From the NCBI GenBank assembly GCA_963663805.2, contig CAXXMR010000027.1:19971-83970 (forward strand): a stretch of 64,000 bases of DNA, given 5' to 3'. This document shows, in pieces, positions 9,431 to 18,044 of this stretch. The stretch comes from Sedimentisphaerales bacterium. Its GTDB lineage: Bacteria; Planctomycetota; Phycisphaerae; Sedimentisphaerales; SM23-30. Made by a program: the position numbers and the translations under genes. Positions within the stretch are counted from its first letter, which is position 1. Every line of letters starts with the position of its first letter. A model generated the notes under the pieces. The model was given only the letters and a program-made list of their open reading frames with translations, had not been told where the DNA came from and searched no databases.

Positions 9431-10078
9431 TTAATGTTTACGAAATCTGATTAAAATGTTTCCAGTGGTCAGTAACAATAAAGTTAGCGGTTCAGGAACC
9501 AATACGGCAGATGTTACAACGGCAGATATAGTCAATGATTGTTTTTCTGTGTCAACATATCTTGTGCCATCAATAGTAAGATGATTCCATGACCAATCTG
9601 TAAGATTTGGGGCACCAGTGAGTATGGCAGTGTTTTCGAGGGCAAGCATTGTATCATCATTTAATTGCCAACTAATAAAATTTATTGGCATGTCTGAGAC
9701 GGTAACATTGTTTTTGCTTACCGCATAAAATACATCTCCTCCGTATGGGCTGTCATTTGAGATTGAAACATCAAAATTGCAGTTTTGGGTATTTGTTTCA
9801 AATTTTAAATTGCCAGCTTCTAAGAAAATTCCACATGGTGCAAAGTCAAACTTGTATTCAGCAAAGTTAGTTTCCTGAATTGATGGAGTGACATTACTTT
9901 CATAGGCATACCATCCTGTTATTTCGTCGCCAACAGATGCATTTCCACCAAGGATTCCGGCCTGATCTATAATGTCTGTAATAGTAGCGGTGATAGCCAC
10001 TTTAATAATAGACGCTTGGATTGTTGGGGCTATCAAGGCCAAAGTCAAACCTACAAGAAAAACAATGCTCTTTTTCAT
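9431..10078 (-). CDS. secreted protein with a PEP-CTERM sorting signal
   Basis: N-terminal signal peptide MKKSIVFLVGLTLALIAPTIQA. C-terminal VPEPLTLLLLTTGNILIRFRKH has the PEP motif, a TM helix and a basic tail. Confidence 0.7.
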   Translation of the reverse strand: MKKSIVFLVGLTLALIAPTIQASIIKVAITATITDIIDQAGILGGNASVGDEITGWYAYESNVTPSIQETNFAEYKFDFAPCGIFLEAGNLKFETNTQNCNFDVSISNDSPYGGDVFYAVSKNNVTVSDMPINFISWQLNDDTMLALENTAILTGAPNLTDWSWNHLTIDGTRYVDTEKQSLTISAVVTSAVLVPEPLTLLLLTTGNILIRFRKH

Positions 10079-10832
10079 ATCAAATCCTCCGTAATAGTGT
10101 AATTGTTAAGTTTCCATCCTGATTATACGTGGTGTCCAGTCTATTTGACCAGGTGTTTTTTACTTTTTTGTGGCAGTGCATAAAATAAGGGCACCGCCAA
10201 ACGCCATGCTTCCCATTGGCCCGCTAGAGCCTGTGAAGAACACACGCCAGCGATGCCCAATGCCAAATGGCAAATGGGCACCTACCGGTCGCGATCCTTC
10301 ACGTTTTAAACTAGCGGTTCATGGGAAGACGCTCACTGGTAATAGTGATTCACCTATTCAAATATCAAAAACGGCGCATTTCGCCTAAATTAACGCTCCT
10401 AAAAAAATACAAACCACCTTCCCAAACTTACGACTTCCTGTACTTTATCAGATGTTTAATCCCATTGCAAGAGAAAAAACTTATTTTTTTGTTACAGCAG
10501 CCCCGACCAACTGCTGTAACTATAGGGACTTAGCGTCCTTTGTGCGCAAAGGGGGACGCCGCCTCAATTATGCCAACTCAAGGCCCGCAAAAGCCCGGTA
10601 AGGTCATAAAAGCGAACGGCGCCCTTGTATCAAAATACACGGGCACCGAGCCTTTCAGACTACCTTACCTTATCTAATTTTGCGGTTTAGAGTTGGCAGT
10701 TTGAAATCTCAGTGCAAGACGATTTCTGGTATTAAATTGTAATTATGCTCGTTTAAGCCAAATAAATCTCCTGAAAGAAAAATCGTATAGTAATGATTAT
10801 GACGATTGGGTTTTTATGATTCAAGTGTTTTT

Positions 10833-12023
10833 TTAGGAAATCCTATAACTTTTTACCCAAATTTGTACAGTGCCTTTTAGGTCAGACTGGGATTTAAGGA
10901 TGTTCAATATGCCGGAGTCGGTAAAAGAGCGGGTGGCTTTTTTGACGCTGCCCAGCAGATAAACGCCACCGGTTTTAATATATGCGGTGGTAGTGAAATC
11001 CTGCGAATTGGTGATAGGGGCCGAATTTTCGACATAACCGACCACTGACGAAATAGTGATACTAACACCCAGCTTACAGGTATCAATAGTTGATTCACGG
11101 ACGGAACAACTAAAATCCAGCCCGGTTTGAATATATTCAAAACCTGAGGTTGAGACGGTGCCATTATCTGAAACTACCTTTTTAGGGACCGGGACACGCT
11201 CACCAGAGGAAAACTGAGCATTGCCGCCATCCATCAGAACAAACATAGGCCGGGCAATCATGTTAATATTGGCTTTTTCTCGTTCTGCCTTTAGGATAGC
11301 ATTTAATATGCCGTTGGCGGCTGCGTATGAATTGCTTAGTTTGGTGCTTTCGGCCAGATTGAGGGCCAGTTCACTATCCAGCGTGAAATCAACCCCAAAA
11401 GTCTCTGAGAGTTCGTCCCGTAGGTCCACAATGTACATCTGGACCACCCAGCTATTAGATGGGGCCGAGTCTATACCGTCGAGCATTTCCGAGACACGCC
11501 GGAGAACTTCGACGGTATCACCAATTACCACCAAACCGTCATTATAAGCAACTGCCCGGCCATGCTGAGAGAGCAGCGACGTAATGGCCTGCTGGAGATC
11601 GTCGGCCCGCATACGCTTTACCACTCGAACCAGTACCCCTCTGTCCTCTGGCTGTAATGTACCCAGAAAATACAAATTGCCGGTTTTCGTGACCTGTACG
11701 CTCAACCGCCGGGCGACCACGCCGAGTATATCAGATACCGTCTGGTCCTGTACTTCGACGCTTACCGGCTTTTCGTCCAGATCACTTTCACATACCACAC
11801 TGACCCCGGATTCATTACTGAGCCAGCGCAGGAACATTTTTAAGGATATATCCTGACAGGACAGGGTTAGCAGCGTTTCTTTATTTCTGCTGTCAGATTC
11901 AGTCTCGGAGGTTTGCTGCAAGGCTTTATAATACTGCTGAAATTCTACTTTGGTTTCGAGTTTTGGTAGTTTGGAACAACCGCAAACCCAAACAGAAAAT
12001 ATAACGATCATCAATTTACGCAT
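10833..12023 (-). CDS. secretin (pIV-like) lipoprotein
   Basis: Lipobox VWVCGCS. The C-terminal secretin core reads MIARPMFVLMDGGNAQFSSGERVPVP…GFEYIQTGLDF…GGVYLLGS. Confidence 0.75.
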   Translation of the reverse strand: MRKLMIVIFSVWVCGCSKLPKLETKVEFQQYYKALQQTSETESDSRNKETLLTLSCQDISLKMFLRWLSNESGVSVVCESDLDEKPVSVEVQDQTVSDILGVVARRLSVQVTKTGNLYFLGTLQPEDRGVLVRVVKRMRADDLQQAITSLLSQHGRAVAYNDGLVVIGDTVEVLRRVSEMLDGIDSAPSNSWVVQMYIVDLRDELSETFGVDFTLDSELALNLAESTKLSNSYAAANGILNAILKAEREKANINMIARPMFVLMDGGNAQFSSGERVPVPKKVVSDNGTVSTSGFEYIQTGLDFSCSVRESTIDTCKLGVSITISSVVGYVENSAPITNSQDFTTTAYIKTGGVYLLGSVKKATRSFTDSGILNILKSQSDLKGTVQIWVKSYRIS

Positions 12024-12688
12024 AGTAATTTAACTCCTAACAATACAAAGAAGTGAGCCGGATAAAACCAGCGCCAAAGCCAATTGGGAATCTGTAATTT
12101 AAAATTCTTGGGGCAAAGATAGATAACCGGCAAGGCCAGTATAGCGAAAATCTGGACCGGATTATTTGTAATAGAGGAATACAGCAAAGTAAGGGCAATA
12201 TAAAATATTATCCCTTTTACTTTGTGAGTCTCTAAAAGTCTGAATACAAACAACAGTAACAGGCCGTATATGCTGTATTCAACCAAAGCGGTACATAATC
12301 CCAGAAATACCGCAATAGCTTTATGGCCGCTCTGCCAAAGCTGATAAACCAGAATGAAGATTGCAAAGGTAAATACAATATTGAATTTGCACGAGACAAA
12401 CAAAGCGAAACCATATTGAGCCAGTGCCGCTATAACTGCCAGACGCAGGAAGTACCGGAATTTATTGTCTGTCCAGTCTATCCCGGTTGCCATCAGGTAG
12501 GCATAAATGGGAAAAGCTATCCTGCCGACCATTCGCAAGGCTAATACTTGCGGAAAGAATATCATACCGATATGGTCTAAAACCATCGTAATAATGGCAA
12601 TGCACTTGAGATATTCCCGCCGATTGTCAATTAGTTTTCCATTCGTAGTATAGTTCCATCGGACAATATTATCATTCGTTTGCGCCAT
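12011..12688 (-). CDS. traX: TraX-family membrane acyltransferase
   Basis: Polytopic membrane protein with TraX signature blocks: LKCIAIITMVLDHIG, GRIAFPIYAY, NIVFTFAI and the C-terminal FYPAHFFVLLG. These compare with F-plasmid TraX LKLLALVLMVADH, GRGAFPLFA and FYACHLAVLG. Confidence 0.75.
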   Translation of the reverse strand: MAQTNDNIVRWNYTTNGKLIDNRREYLKCIAIITMVLDHIGMIFFPQVLALRMVGRIAFPIYAYLMATGIDWTDNKFRYFLRLAVIAALAQYGFALFVSCKFNIVFTFAIFILVYQLWQSGHKAIAVFLGLCTALVEYSIYGLLLLFVFRLLETHKVKGIIFYIALTLLYSSITNNPVQIFAILALPVIYLCPKNFKLQIPNWLWRWFYPAHFFVLLGVKLLCVN

Positions 12689-13881
12689 ATTATTTCCTCA
12701 ACTTTCTTGCCCTGATATATGCCGGAATCTATTATTTCCCCTATTTGCAAATCCAAACCATTTTTCAGTAAAACACTGTCCCTTGTCATAAGGGCTATGG
12801 CAGATTCGGAAATAAGTTTTTCCTGCAAGGTTTGTTTTTCCTGATTGGCCTTTTCTAGTTCCTGCTGAATTTGCAAAAGTTCATTGGCGGGAATAACCGG
12901 CTGGGCAGTATTAACAGCAGGAGCCGTTTTAACGTTTTCAACTTTCTTAATCGCTGTTTGTTTCTTGGCAAGATAGCTGAGCTTTTCCAGAAAAGTTCTG
13001 AATAATATTTTGCTGCCGCCGAACAACACTATCCAGCAGAACAAAGCGACAATTAACGCCCTTGAAGCCAGAGCGAGAGGGTGAGTCTTGATAAACCACC
13101 AGAAAACACCTATACGGCCATGCTTTTGAAATTCATGTTGGGCCGCCTTGCCAGCCTTACCGCCGGTATGCGGGGCGACAAAGGAGTCATAGAACTGGAA
13201 ATAATACGGGTCGAGCGTGAAAGTCTCCCGGTGTGATACTTTCCACTTGCCGTCAATGGAGCGTTTTTCAATCTGATGTATCTTTTTTTCATACACTCCG
13301 GTTAATGCTGCCTGTAATTCGTACCAGTGCGCCATCTGTATTTTGAAGAACGGGTCACGGTTGGTTTCGCCATTGACAAGGCTGATTAAAACTGAGGCTT
13401 CCCATTTAATTTCATCGGCCAGCTTATTAGGTGATTGGGTCAAAAATTCAACCGTTGCCCCTCTATGCCGGATTTCACCCAACCACTTGCCCCATTTTTG
13501 CCGTTGATGTTTGGGAGTGGATACGCCACAAAAATTATGTATTTCATCTATGGCGATATGAGCGTTATTTATATCAATATCCTGAAAATAACTCCACGGT
13601 CCCTCCGCTAAATCTGTTTGCCGACGATCATAGGTCAGCATCCATTTATCAAGCTCGGCTTTCGGGATAATATGTATTCTTTCCAGAATCTTTTCTTTTG
13701 GGATATTATGTTTTTTGCTGACCACTTCGGCCATCTTGTCAGCAAAGGCCGGATAGTTAGTGTAAATATGGCCGGTTTCTTTCGGCAGAAATTCATCGAC
13801 CATAAACCTTGAACATCGGCGATAGGTCTTGCCGGAACCCGCCGGGCCGGTTGTCAGATATACTGTACTTCTTTTTGCCAT
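12631..13881 (-). CDS. Zot / pI-like morphogenesis ATPase
   Basis: N-terminal Walker A LTTGPAGSGKT. A single central TM helix (LIVALFCWIVLFGGSKILF) is followed by a coiled C-terminal domain. This is the typical inovirus pI topology. Confidence 0.8.
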   Translation of the reverse strand: MAKRSTVYLTTGPAGSGKTYRRCSRFMVDEFLPKETGHIYTNYPAFADKMAEVVSKKHNIPKEKILERIHIIPKAELDKWMLTYDRRQTDLAEGPWSYFQDIDINNAHIAIDEIHNFCGVSTPKHQRQKWGKWLGEIRHRGATVEFLTQSPNKLADEIKWEASVLISLVNGETNRDPFFKIQMAHWYELQAALTGVYEKKIHQIEKRSIDGKWKVSHRETFTLDPYYFQFYDSFVAPHTGGKAGKAAQHEFQKHGRIGVFWWFIKTHPLALASRALIVALFCWIVLFGGSKILFRTFLEKLSYLAKKQTAIKKVENVKTAPAVNTAQPVIPANELLQIQQELEKANQEKQTLQEKLISESAIALMTRDSVLLKNGLDLQIGEIIDSGIYQGKKVEEIIWRKRMIILSDGTILRMEN

Positions 13882-13883
13882 TT

Positions 13884-14204
13884 TTACCCCACAGTTGGAA
13901 TTAATTTCAATACGAATTTCACGGTAACAAATACCGCAACAAAAGTGTAATACACTGCTAATAGGGTAACACCGTAATCAAGAGGAACCCATGAATTGGC
14001 AACCTCAATCCAGACTTTCATTGGCTCAAGATTGGCCTGCCAGTCAGCCGGGACCATTTCCAGCAGGAAACCCAGCCCGGTATCAACCAGAGTCTTTATG
14101 GAGTCACTAAGCCAGTTCCAGAAGGCTACTAGAGCATTTATAATGGCCGATTCCCACCAGCTAGGCTGTTCCTCGCTGGCAAGTATATAGAGAAAATTGA
14201 ACAT
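13884..14204 (-). CDS. small membrane protein, pVI-like by position
   Basis: 106 aa with a C-terminal hydrophobic helix (LLAVYYTFVAVFVTVKFVL). It lies between the adsorption-protein genes and the pI gene. Confidence 0.45.
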   Translation of the reverse strand: MFNFLYILASEEQPSWWESAIINALVAFWNWLSDSIKTLVDTGLGFLLEMVPADWQANLEPMKVWIEVANSWVPLDYGVTLLAVYYTFVAVFVTVKFVLKLIPTVG

Positions 14205-14216
14205 GATTATGCCTTT

Positions 14217-14639
14217 CTAATATTGCCGTAATACCAGCCAGATATTTCTGATGAGCCAATAGGTCATGAGCGCAATAAACAACATGCGTATCCATTTACG
14301 GAGCTGGTCAACTGCCGCCCCCATTGTTGTTGATGTATCAGGCACGAGATTAATTTTGTATTCCTGAACACCAGCACCGGGAAAGGGTATACGTAGGGTA
14401 ACGGTATAATCACGCTGGTTATCAGGCCGGAGGGATTCCCAGTTGCCCCGGATTTTATCGAAGCGCCCTAACATATCATCATAGTCTTGATCGCCGAAAT
14501 TAAAAGATGAGGGATTAGTGGTATAATTCCCCGGTTCGTACTGGTCGGGGTCTTGATAAGTATCATCATTATCGGGAGCGTCATTATTGGTATCACCTGT
14601 ACCATCGCCGCTATAACCGCCCGTTGAATAAACCATCAT
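14217..14639 (-). CDS. acidic protein with a C-terminal membrane anchor (possible C-terminal module of the adsorption protein)
   Basis: The N-terminus is rich in D, N and G. The C-terminal TM is IRMLFIALMTYWLIRNIWLVL. It overlaps the upstream ORF by 29 nt in the +1 frame. Confidence 0.45.
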   Translation of the reverse strand: MMVYSTGGYSGDGTGDTNNDAPDNDDTYQDPDQYEPGNYTTNPSSFNFGDQDYDDMLGRFDKIRGNWESLRPDNQRDYTVTLRIPFPGAGVQEYKINLVPDTSTTMGAAVDQLRKWIRMLFIALMTYWLIRNIWLVLRQY

Positions 14640-15714
14640 GGTAATCGTCCGGGTCAGTGGGGTCAGTTGCCGGCGGTGCTACCGGGTTGGGATTATCAAC
14701 CGTTGGCGTAGGTGTCGCCGGGTTGGTTTCGCTGTAGTTGCTTTCCCCGTCGCCGTCATAGTCCAGATTGTTCCAGTCCGGGTCATATAATTCTGAGGGG
14801 TAATCATCGGAATTTAGCCAGTTAGAGCCGCTATCCCATTCCAGACCATCGGTATAGCCATCGCCATCCGAATCATTCAGACGCCAGTTACCAACGCCGT
14901 TATCACTAACGGGATTAAACATATTTATTTCAGAATCGAAATCACCCGTTCCCGGTGCTTTTGATGTTGCATCATACGGGTCGAAACCGTGTGTTTCTTC
15001 CCAGCCATCGGAAAAACCATCACCATCAGAATCAATATTCCGTTTATTCTCCCAGTTATCAGCCCATGCTGTGGGGTCTTCCTGCCAGAGTTTATAATCG
15101 AAAGGGTCGTCGTTAGTGCCAGTGGCAGAAGTCCAGTTTGTACCTTCAAAATTTTCACCAAATATCTTTTTGCCAAGTTCATTCATATACTGGTCATGTA
15201 ATGGGCAGTCTTTATCAATCTGGTCCGGTATGCCGTCCAAATCTTCATCTATTAATGGATTGTTAATTTCATTGGCGTAATCATCCAGTAAATCCAAATC
15301 ATCCGGCGGGGAATAGGGGCCGCCATCAACAAACTGGCTGTAATCCGGGGCAGAACTGCAAGCACTGTAATAGCTTTCTGCATTACCGCCCCAGCTACCA
15401 TCTACATACCAGCGACCACCACCAGAACTATCCCACTGAAAACATTTGTAGCCTGAATATGAATGCCATGTACCGGAATAATAGTACATTGAACCTGTCC
15501 CGCAATACCTTCTGGTGCCATCTGATGAAGTATAAACCGTCGGCATTAGAAACGTATAGCCAGGTTGACTGCCGGTAAACATGCCTATCCCTTCCCCCGC
15601 GCAAATATCAACCGGGGAAGGTGTACTGTTATCAACGGCAAAGGTCGGCAAAGCCGTCAATAGTGATATTACCAGAGTTTTCTTGAGTCTTTTGCTAACA
15701 GGATTAAACGCCAT
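14611..15714 (-). CDS. secreted adsorption-protein candidate (pIII-like) with thrombospondin-type-3-like calcium-binding repeats
   Basis: Signal peptide MAFNPVSKRLKKTLVISLLTALPTFA. Repeated motifs DSDGDGFSDGWE, DSDGDGYTDGLE, DYDGDGESNYSE and DEDLDGIPDQID. It is the largest virion-type ORF and sits in the gIII position. Confidence 0.55.
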   Translation of the reverse strand: MAFNPVSKRLKKTLVISLLTALPTFAVDNSTPSPVDICAGEGIGMFTGSQPGYTFLMPTVYTSSDGTRRYCGTGSMYYYSGTWHSYSGYKCFQWDSSGGGRWYVDGSWGGNAESYYSACSSAPDYSQFVDGGPYSPPDDLDLLDDYANEINNPLIDEDLDGIPDQIDKDCPLHDQYMNELGKKIFGENFEGTNWTSATGTNDDPFDYKLWQEDPTAWADNWENKRNIDSDGDGFSDGWEETHGFDPYDATSKAPGTGDFDSEINMFNPVSDNGVGNWRLNDSDGDGYTDGLEWDSGSNWLNSDDYPSELYDPDWNNLDYDGDGESNYSETNPATPTPTVDNPNPVAPPATDPTDPDDYHDGLFNGRL

Positions 15715-15890
15715 GATACAGCACCCCAGATAATAGTTGCGGTTATACACAATACCTTTAACATGAATTTGGATTCATAAATGTCGTTCTGTATCGTCTG
15801 CCATTGATTAGGGTCAATAACCACCGTAGAGGCAAGGCAGCTTGAGGACAGAAAGAGCAATATCAATATGAATTTCATTTTATTCCCCAT
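15669..15890 (-). CDS. small membrane protein (minor coat candidate)
   Basis: Signal-like N-terminus MKFILILLFLSSSCLA plus a second hydrophobic helix. It lies within the coat gene block. Confidence 0.4.
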   Translation of the reverse strand: MGNKMKFILILLFLSSSCLASTVVIDPNQWQTIQNDIYESKFMLKVLCITATIIWGAVSWRLILLAKDSRKLW

Positions 15891-15899
15891 AAAAAAAGG

Positions 15900-16043
15900 C
15901 TAAGTGGAGCGTTTGCCCCACTTTAGCCCGACTCGGATAATGGTAAATGCAACAGAACCGCCGATAAGAATAAGCAGCCACGGCCCGATTAAACTTACTA
16001 CCGCAACCAGAAAACCACCTATATCATTAAGCTCAAATTCCAT
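15900..16043 (-). CDS. 47-aa Pf3-type coat-like protein (below the ORF-track size cut-off)
   Basis: My own translation is MEFELNDIGGFLVAVVSLIGPWLLILIGGSVAFTIIRVGLKWGKRST. It has an acidic N-terminus, one TM helix and a basic tail. Confidence 0.45.
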   Translation of the reverse strand: MEFELNDIGGFLVAVVSLIGPWLLILIGGSVAFTIIRVGLKWGKRST

Positions 16044-16071
16044 TGCAAATACCTATTATCCTTTAACAAGA

Positions 16072-16299
16072 TTAACCAATCTTGTTGCCCCATCGCAGGG
16101 CACGTCTTACCACCAGAAAAGCGAAGTAACCACCCACAGCAACCGCAGCAACAGCGCCGAGGGCAGTAATACCGGCGGTGATATAACCGCCTACATCAAT
16201 TCCGGTATCGGGGATGGTGACTCCACTGGCAAAAACACGGGAAGCACCGGCACCGACCAAGACAGCGCCCCCAAGGGCTAAATTCCTGACCTTTTTCAT
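16072..16299 (-). CDS. major coat protein candidate (g8p-like)
   Basis: MKKVRNLALGGAVLVGAGASRVFA | SGVTIPDTGIDVGGYITAGITALGAVAAVAVGGYFAFLVVRRALRWGNKIG. It has a signal peptide with an AxA-type cleavage site, an acidic mature N-terminus, a Gly/Ala-rich TM and a basic C-terminus. Confidence 0.7.
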   Translation of the reverse strand: MKKVRNLALGGAVLVGAGASRVFASGVTIPDTGIDVGGYITAGITALGAVAAVAVGGYFAFLVVRRALRWGNKIG

Positions 16300-16503
16300 A
16301 ACAAAATCCTTTCGCAACACAAAACACAATAAAATATAAAACAATTCAGTTTGGCCAAAACTGTTACACGCAAAAATTAGATATTCTCACCATGCCAGAA
16401 GTTGAAAATCTTTAATCCATTACAGGCAACGACTACAAAATGAAGGGCGGCATGAAATATAAAACCACATGACCAGCCGTAAATGACATAATTCCAGGGG
16501 CTG

Positions 16504-17466
16504 CTAAATTCCATATTGTTCACCGCTTTCGTCAAAATAACTCTCATAGTTACTTACCGGGCAGGTTCGGTAGCGTTCCTCATCGAGTGTTTCTTCGAGA
16601 ATTGCCCGCACCCAGTCAGGCATAAAATCAGGTTTTCTCTTATTTATCAAGTGAAGTGCGGCGGCGTCCGCCGCCGCCAACCCTGCAAAGCAGCACAAAT
16701 GGTCACGGTCAACATCAAGATGCATCCAGCCTTTCTCCGAACCAATGACATTAACATTATTTTCCATGCAGGCTTTTAATAAAAAACCGATATGAACATT
16801 AACGGTGAAAAAACTTGGGTCAGTAACACCTTCCCGGCATAAGGTTTTATTTCGATATTCCTCCAGACGAACAGCAATAGGGATATAACAGCCAGATTTT
16901 CCCCAAGGGTCGGGGATTTTCTTGTCGTACTTTTCCTTTTCGTTTTCTTCCTCCCAGAAGCCGGGACTGACGGCAACAATTTTTACCGTCTTGGGTTTTT
17001 CCGCCAGAATCCACGCCGGGACTTTTCCATCTTTGGCTACGTATTTAGTTACGTAACCGGCAATAGAGTCTTTCCAGCGGTTGACCCAGACGAATCCATG
17101 CCCCCAGAGTGCCTGTAGATCACTCTGAGGGATGAACCCGGAATAATCAATGATAAGATGAAAATGAACCCAGCCGCCTTCCTGAAATTCTAATTTCCGC
17201 ATCCATTTACCGGTTAGCGATTCTCCTAGATACCGGGATAGACGCCTGATGAATAACGGGACGTGCTGTTGTTCTTTCATCTGGTAATAAAGTTCCCTTG
17301 GCGATTCGTAATCGTCATGTCTGTAAGTTAAAGTAATGAACAACCCACGACGGCCACCCATACGGTTTTTAATTCTTTCCGCGAGGTTAAACGAAAGAAA
17401 CGGGACGCTTAGAGGGTCAAACCAACTTTTCAGACTGGGAACTTTTACCGCTATCATGATTATCAA
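16504..17466 (-). CDS. rolling-circle replication initiator (HUH superfamily, two-tyrosine type)
   Basis: HUH motif WVHFHLIIDY. Catalytic motif GYVTKYVAKDGK (Y-x-x-K-Y, as in phiX174 gpA-type Reps). Confidence 0.75.
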   Translation of the reverse strand: MIIMIAVKVPSLKSWFDPLSVPFLSFNLAERIKNRMGGRRGLFITLTYRHDDYESPRELYYQMKEQQHVPLFIRRLSRYLGESLTGKWMRKLEFQEGGWVHFHLIIDYSGFIPQSDLQALWGHGFVWVNRWKDSIAGYVTKYVAKDGKVPAWILAEKPKTVKIVAVSPGFWEEENEKEKYDKKIPDPWGKSGCYIPIAVRLEEYRNKTLCREGVTDPSFFTVNVHIGFLLKACMENNVNVIGSEKGWMHLDVDRDHLCCFAGLAAADAAALHLINKRKPDFMPDWVRAILEETLDEERYRTCPVSNYESYFDESGEQYGI

Positions 17467-17477
17467 TTCCTTGGAAA

Positions 17478-17744
17478 TTATTCTTTTTCGTCCACGGGTT
17501 TAATGCCCGCAAGGTCAAACTGGGGGACATTGTTAAAGAAACTAAAAGTACCAAAACAGCGGACGTTTTGACCTATAACAACTTCCTGATAAAGACTTAT
17601 ATCTTCTGTCCGAAGATTGAAATTCTTACCGAGAGTTGCTACGGAAATGATATATTGACGCCATTTTGAGTCGGCCTTCTTGGGCATAATGACTCTGGTG
17701 TCTTGAACGATACCGCAAATTTCAAATCGGTCCAACAATTTCAT
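17478..17744 (-). CDS. small ssDNA-binding protein candidate (gV-like by size and position)
   Basis: 88 aa, next to the Rep gene. No recognisable motif; the call rests on position only. Confidence 0.35.
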   Translation of the reverse strand: MKLLDRFEICGIVQDTRVIMPKKADSKWRQYIISVATLGKNFNLRTEDISLYQEVVIGQNVRCFGTFSFFNNVPQFDLAGIKPVDEKE

Positions 17745-17794
17745 AAAACTGGCTCCTAAAAAAGTAGTAAAAAAATAAAAACCTTTTTTTGCTC

Positions 17795-17916
17795 AGGCTC
17801 CCCTACAAATCCGGCAGCAGCGCTGCTCACCGTCCCTTTCTTTTTCGCCCTCCAACCGCTTGCGCGAGGGCGAAAAAGCGGAGACGGCAGCAGCTTAAAT
17901 TTTCGTTGGGGAGCCT
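17795..17916 (-). promoter_or_regulatory. long rod-like hairpin in the prophage intergenic region (candidate packaging signal or origin)
   Basis: Outer stem AGGCTCCCC (17795-17803) pairs with GGGGAGCCT (17908-17916). Middle stem CTGCT-CA-CCGTC pairs with GACGG-C-AGCAG. Inner perfect 12-bp stem TTTTTCGCCCTC (17841-17852) pairs with GAGGGCGAAAAA (17866-17877). A 12-nt palindrome AGCAGCGCTGCT lies at 17816-17827. Confidence 0.55.
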
Positions 17917-18044
17917 CTATTTACTTTTCAATGTGAGGCTTTCTAAATTACTAACGGCCTCTATAATTGGCCGATAGTTGCATTTTTTTTGAAAGTTTTT
18001 CGAGGAAATGTGGAATTTGAGATTGGAAACGCAGAAAAAAAGTT

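Noticed and set aside
10170-10533. Two overlapping plus-strand ORFs (72 and 70 aa) in the spacer left of the prophage
   Set aside because: There is no RBS and no motifs. The composition is typical of non-coding sequence, and the region is dominated by hairpins.
10727-10750. A dif-like XerC/D site (GGTATTAAATTGTAATTATGCTCG) as the integration site of the filamentous prophage
   Set aside because: Only the TTATGC(T)C arm resembles the XerC half of dif. The putative XerD arm matches about 5 of 11 positions, and no second copy occurs at the other prophage border.
14605-14645. Programmed ribosomal frameshift joining the two adsorption-protein ORFs
   Set aside because: The downstream ORF is in the +1 frame and no recognisable slippery or shifty-stop motif is present. 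It is kept only as an open question in the findings.
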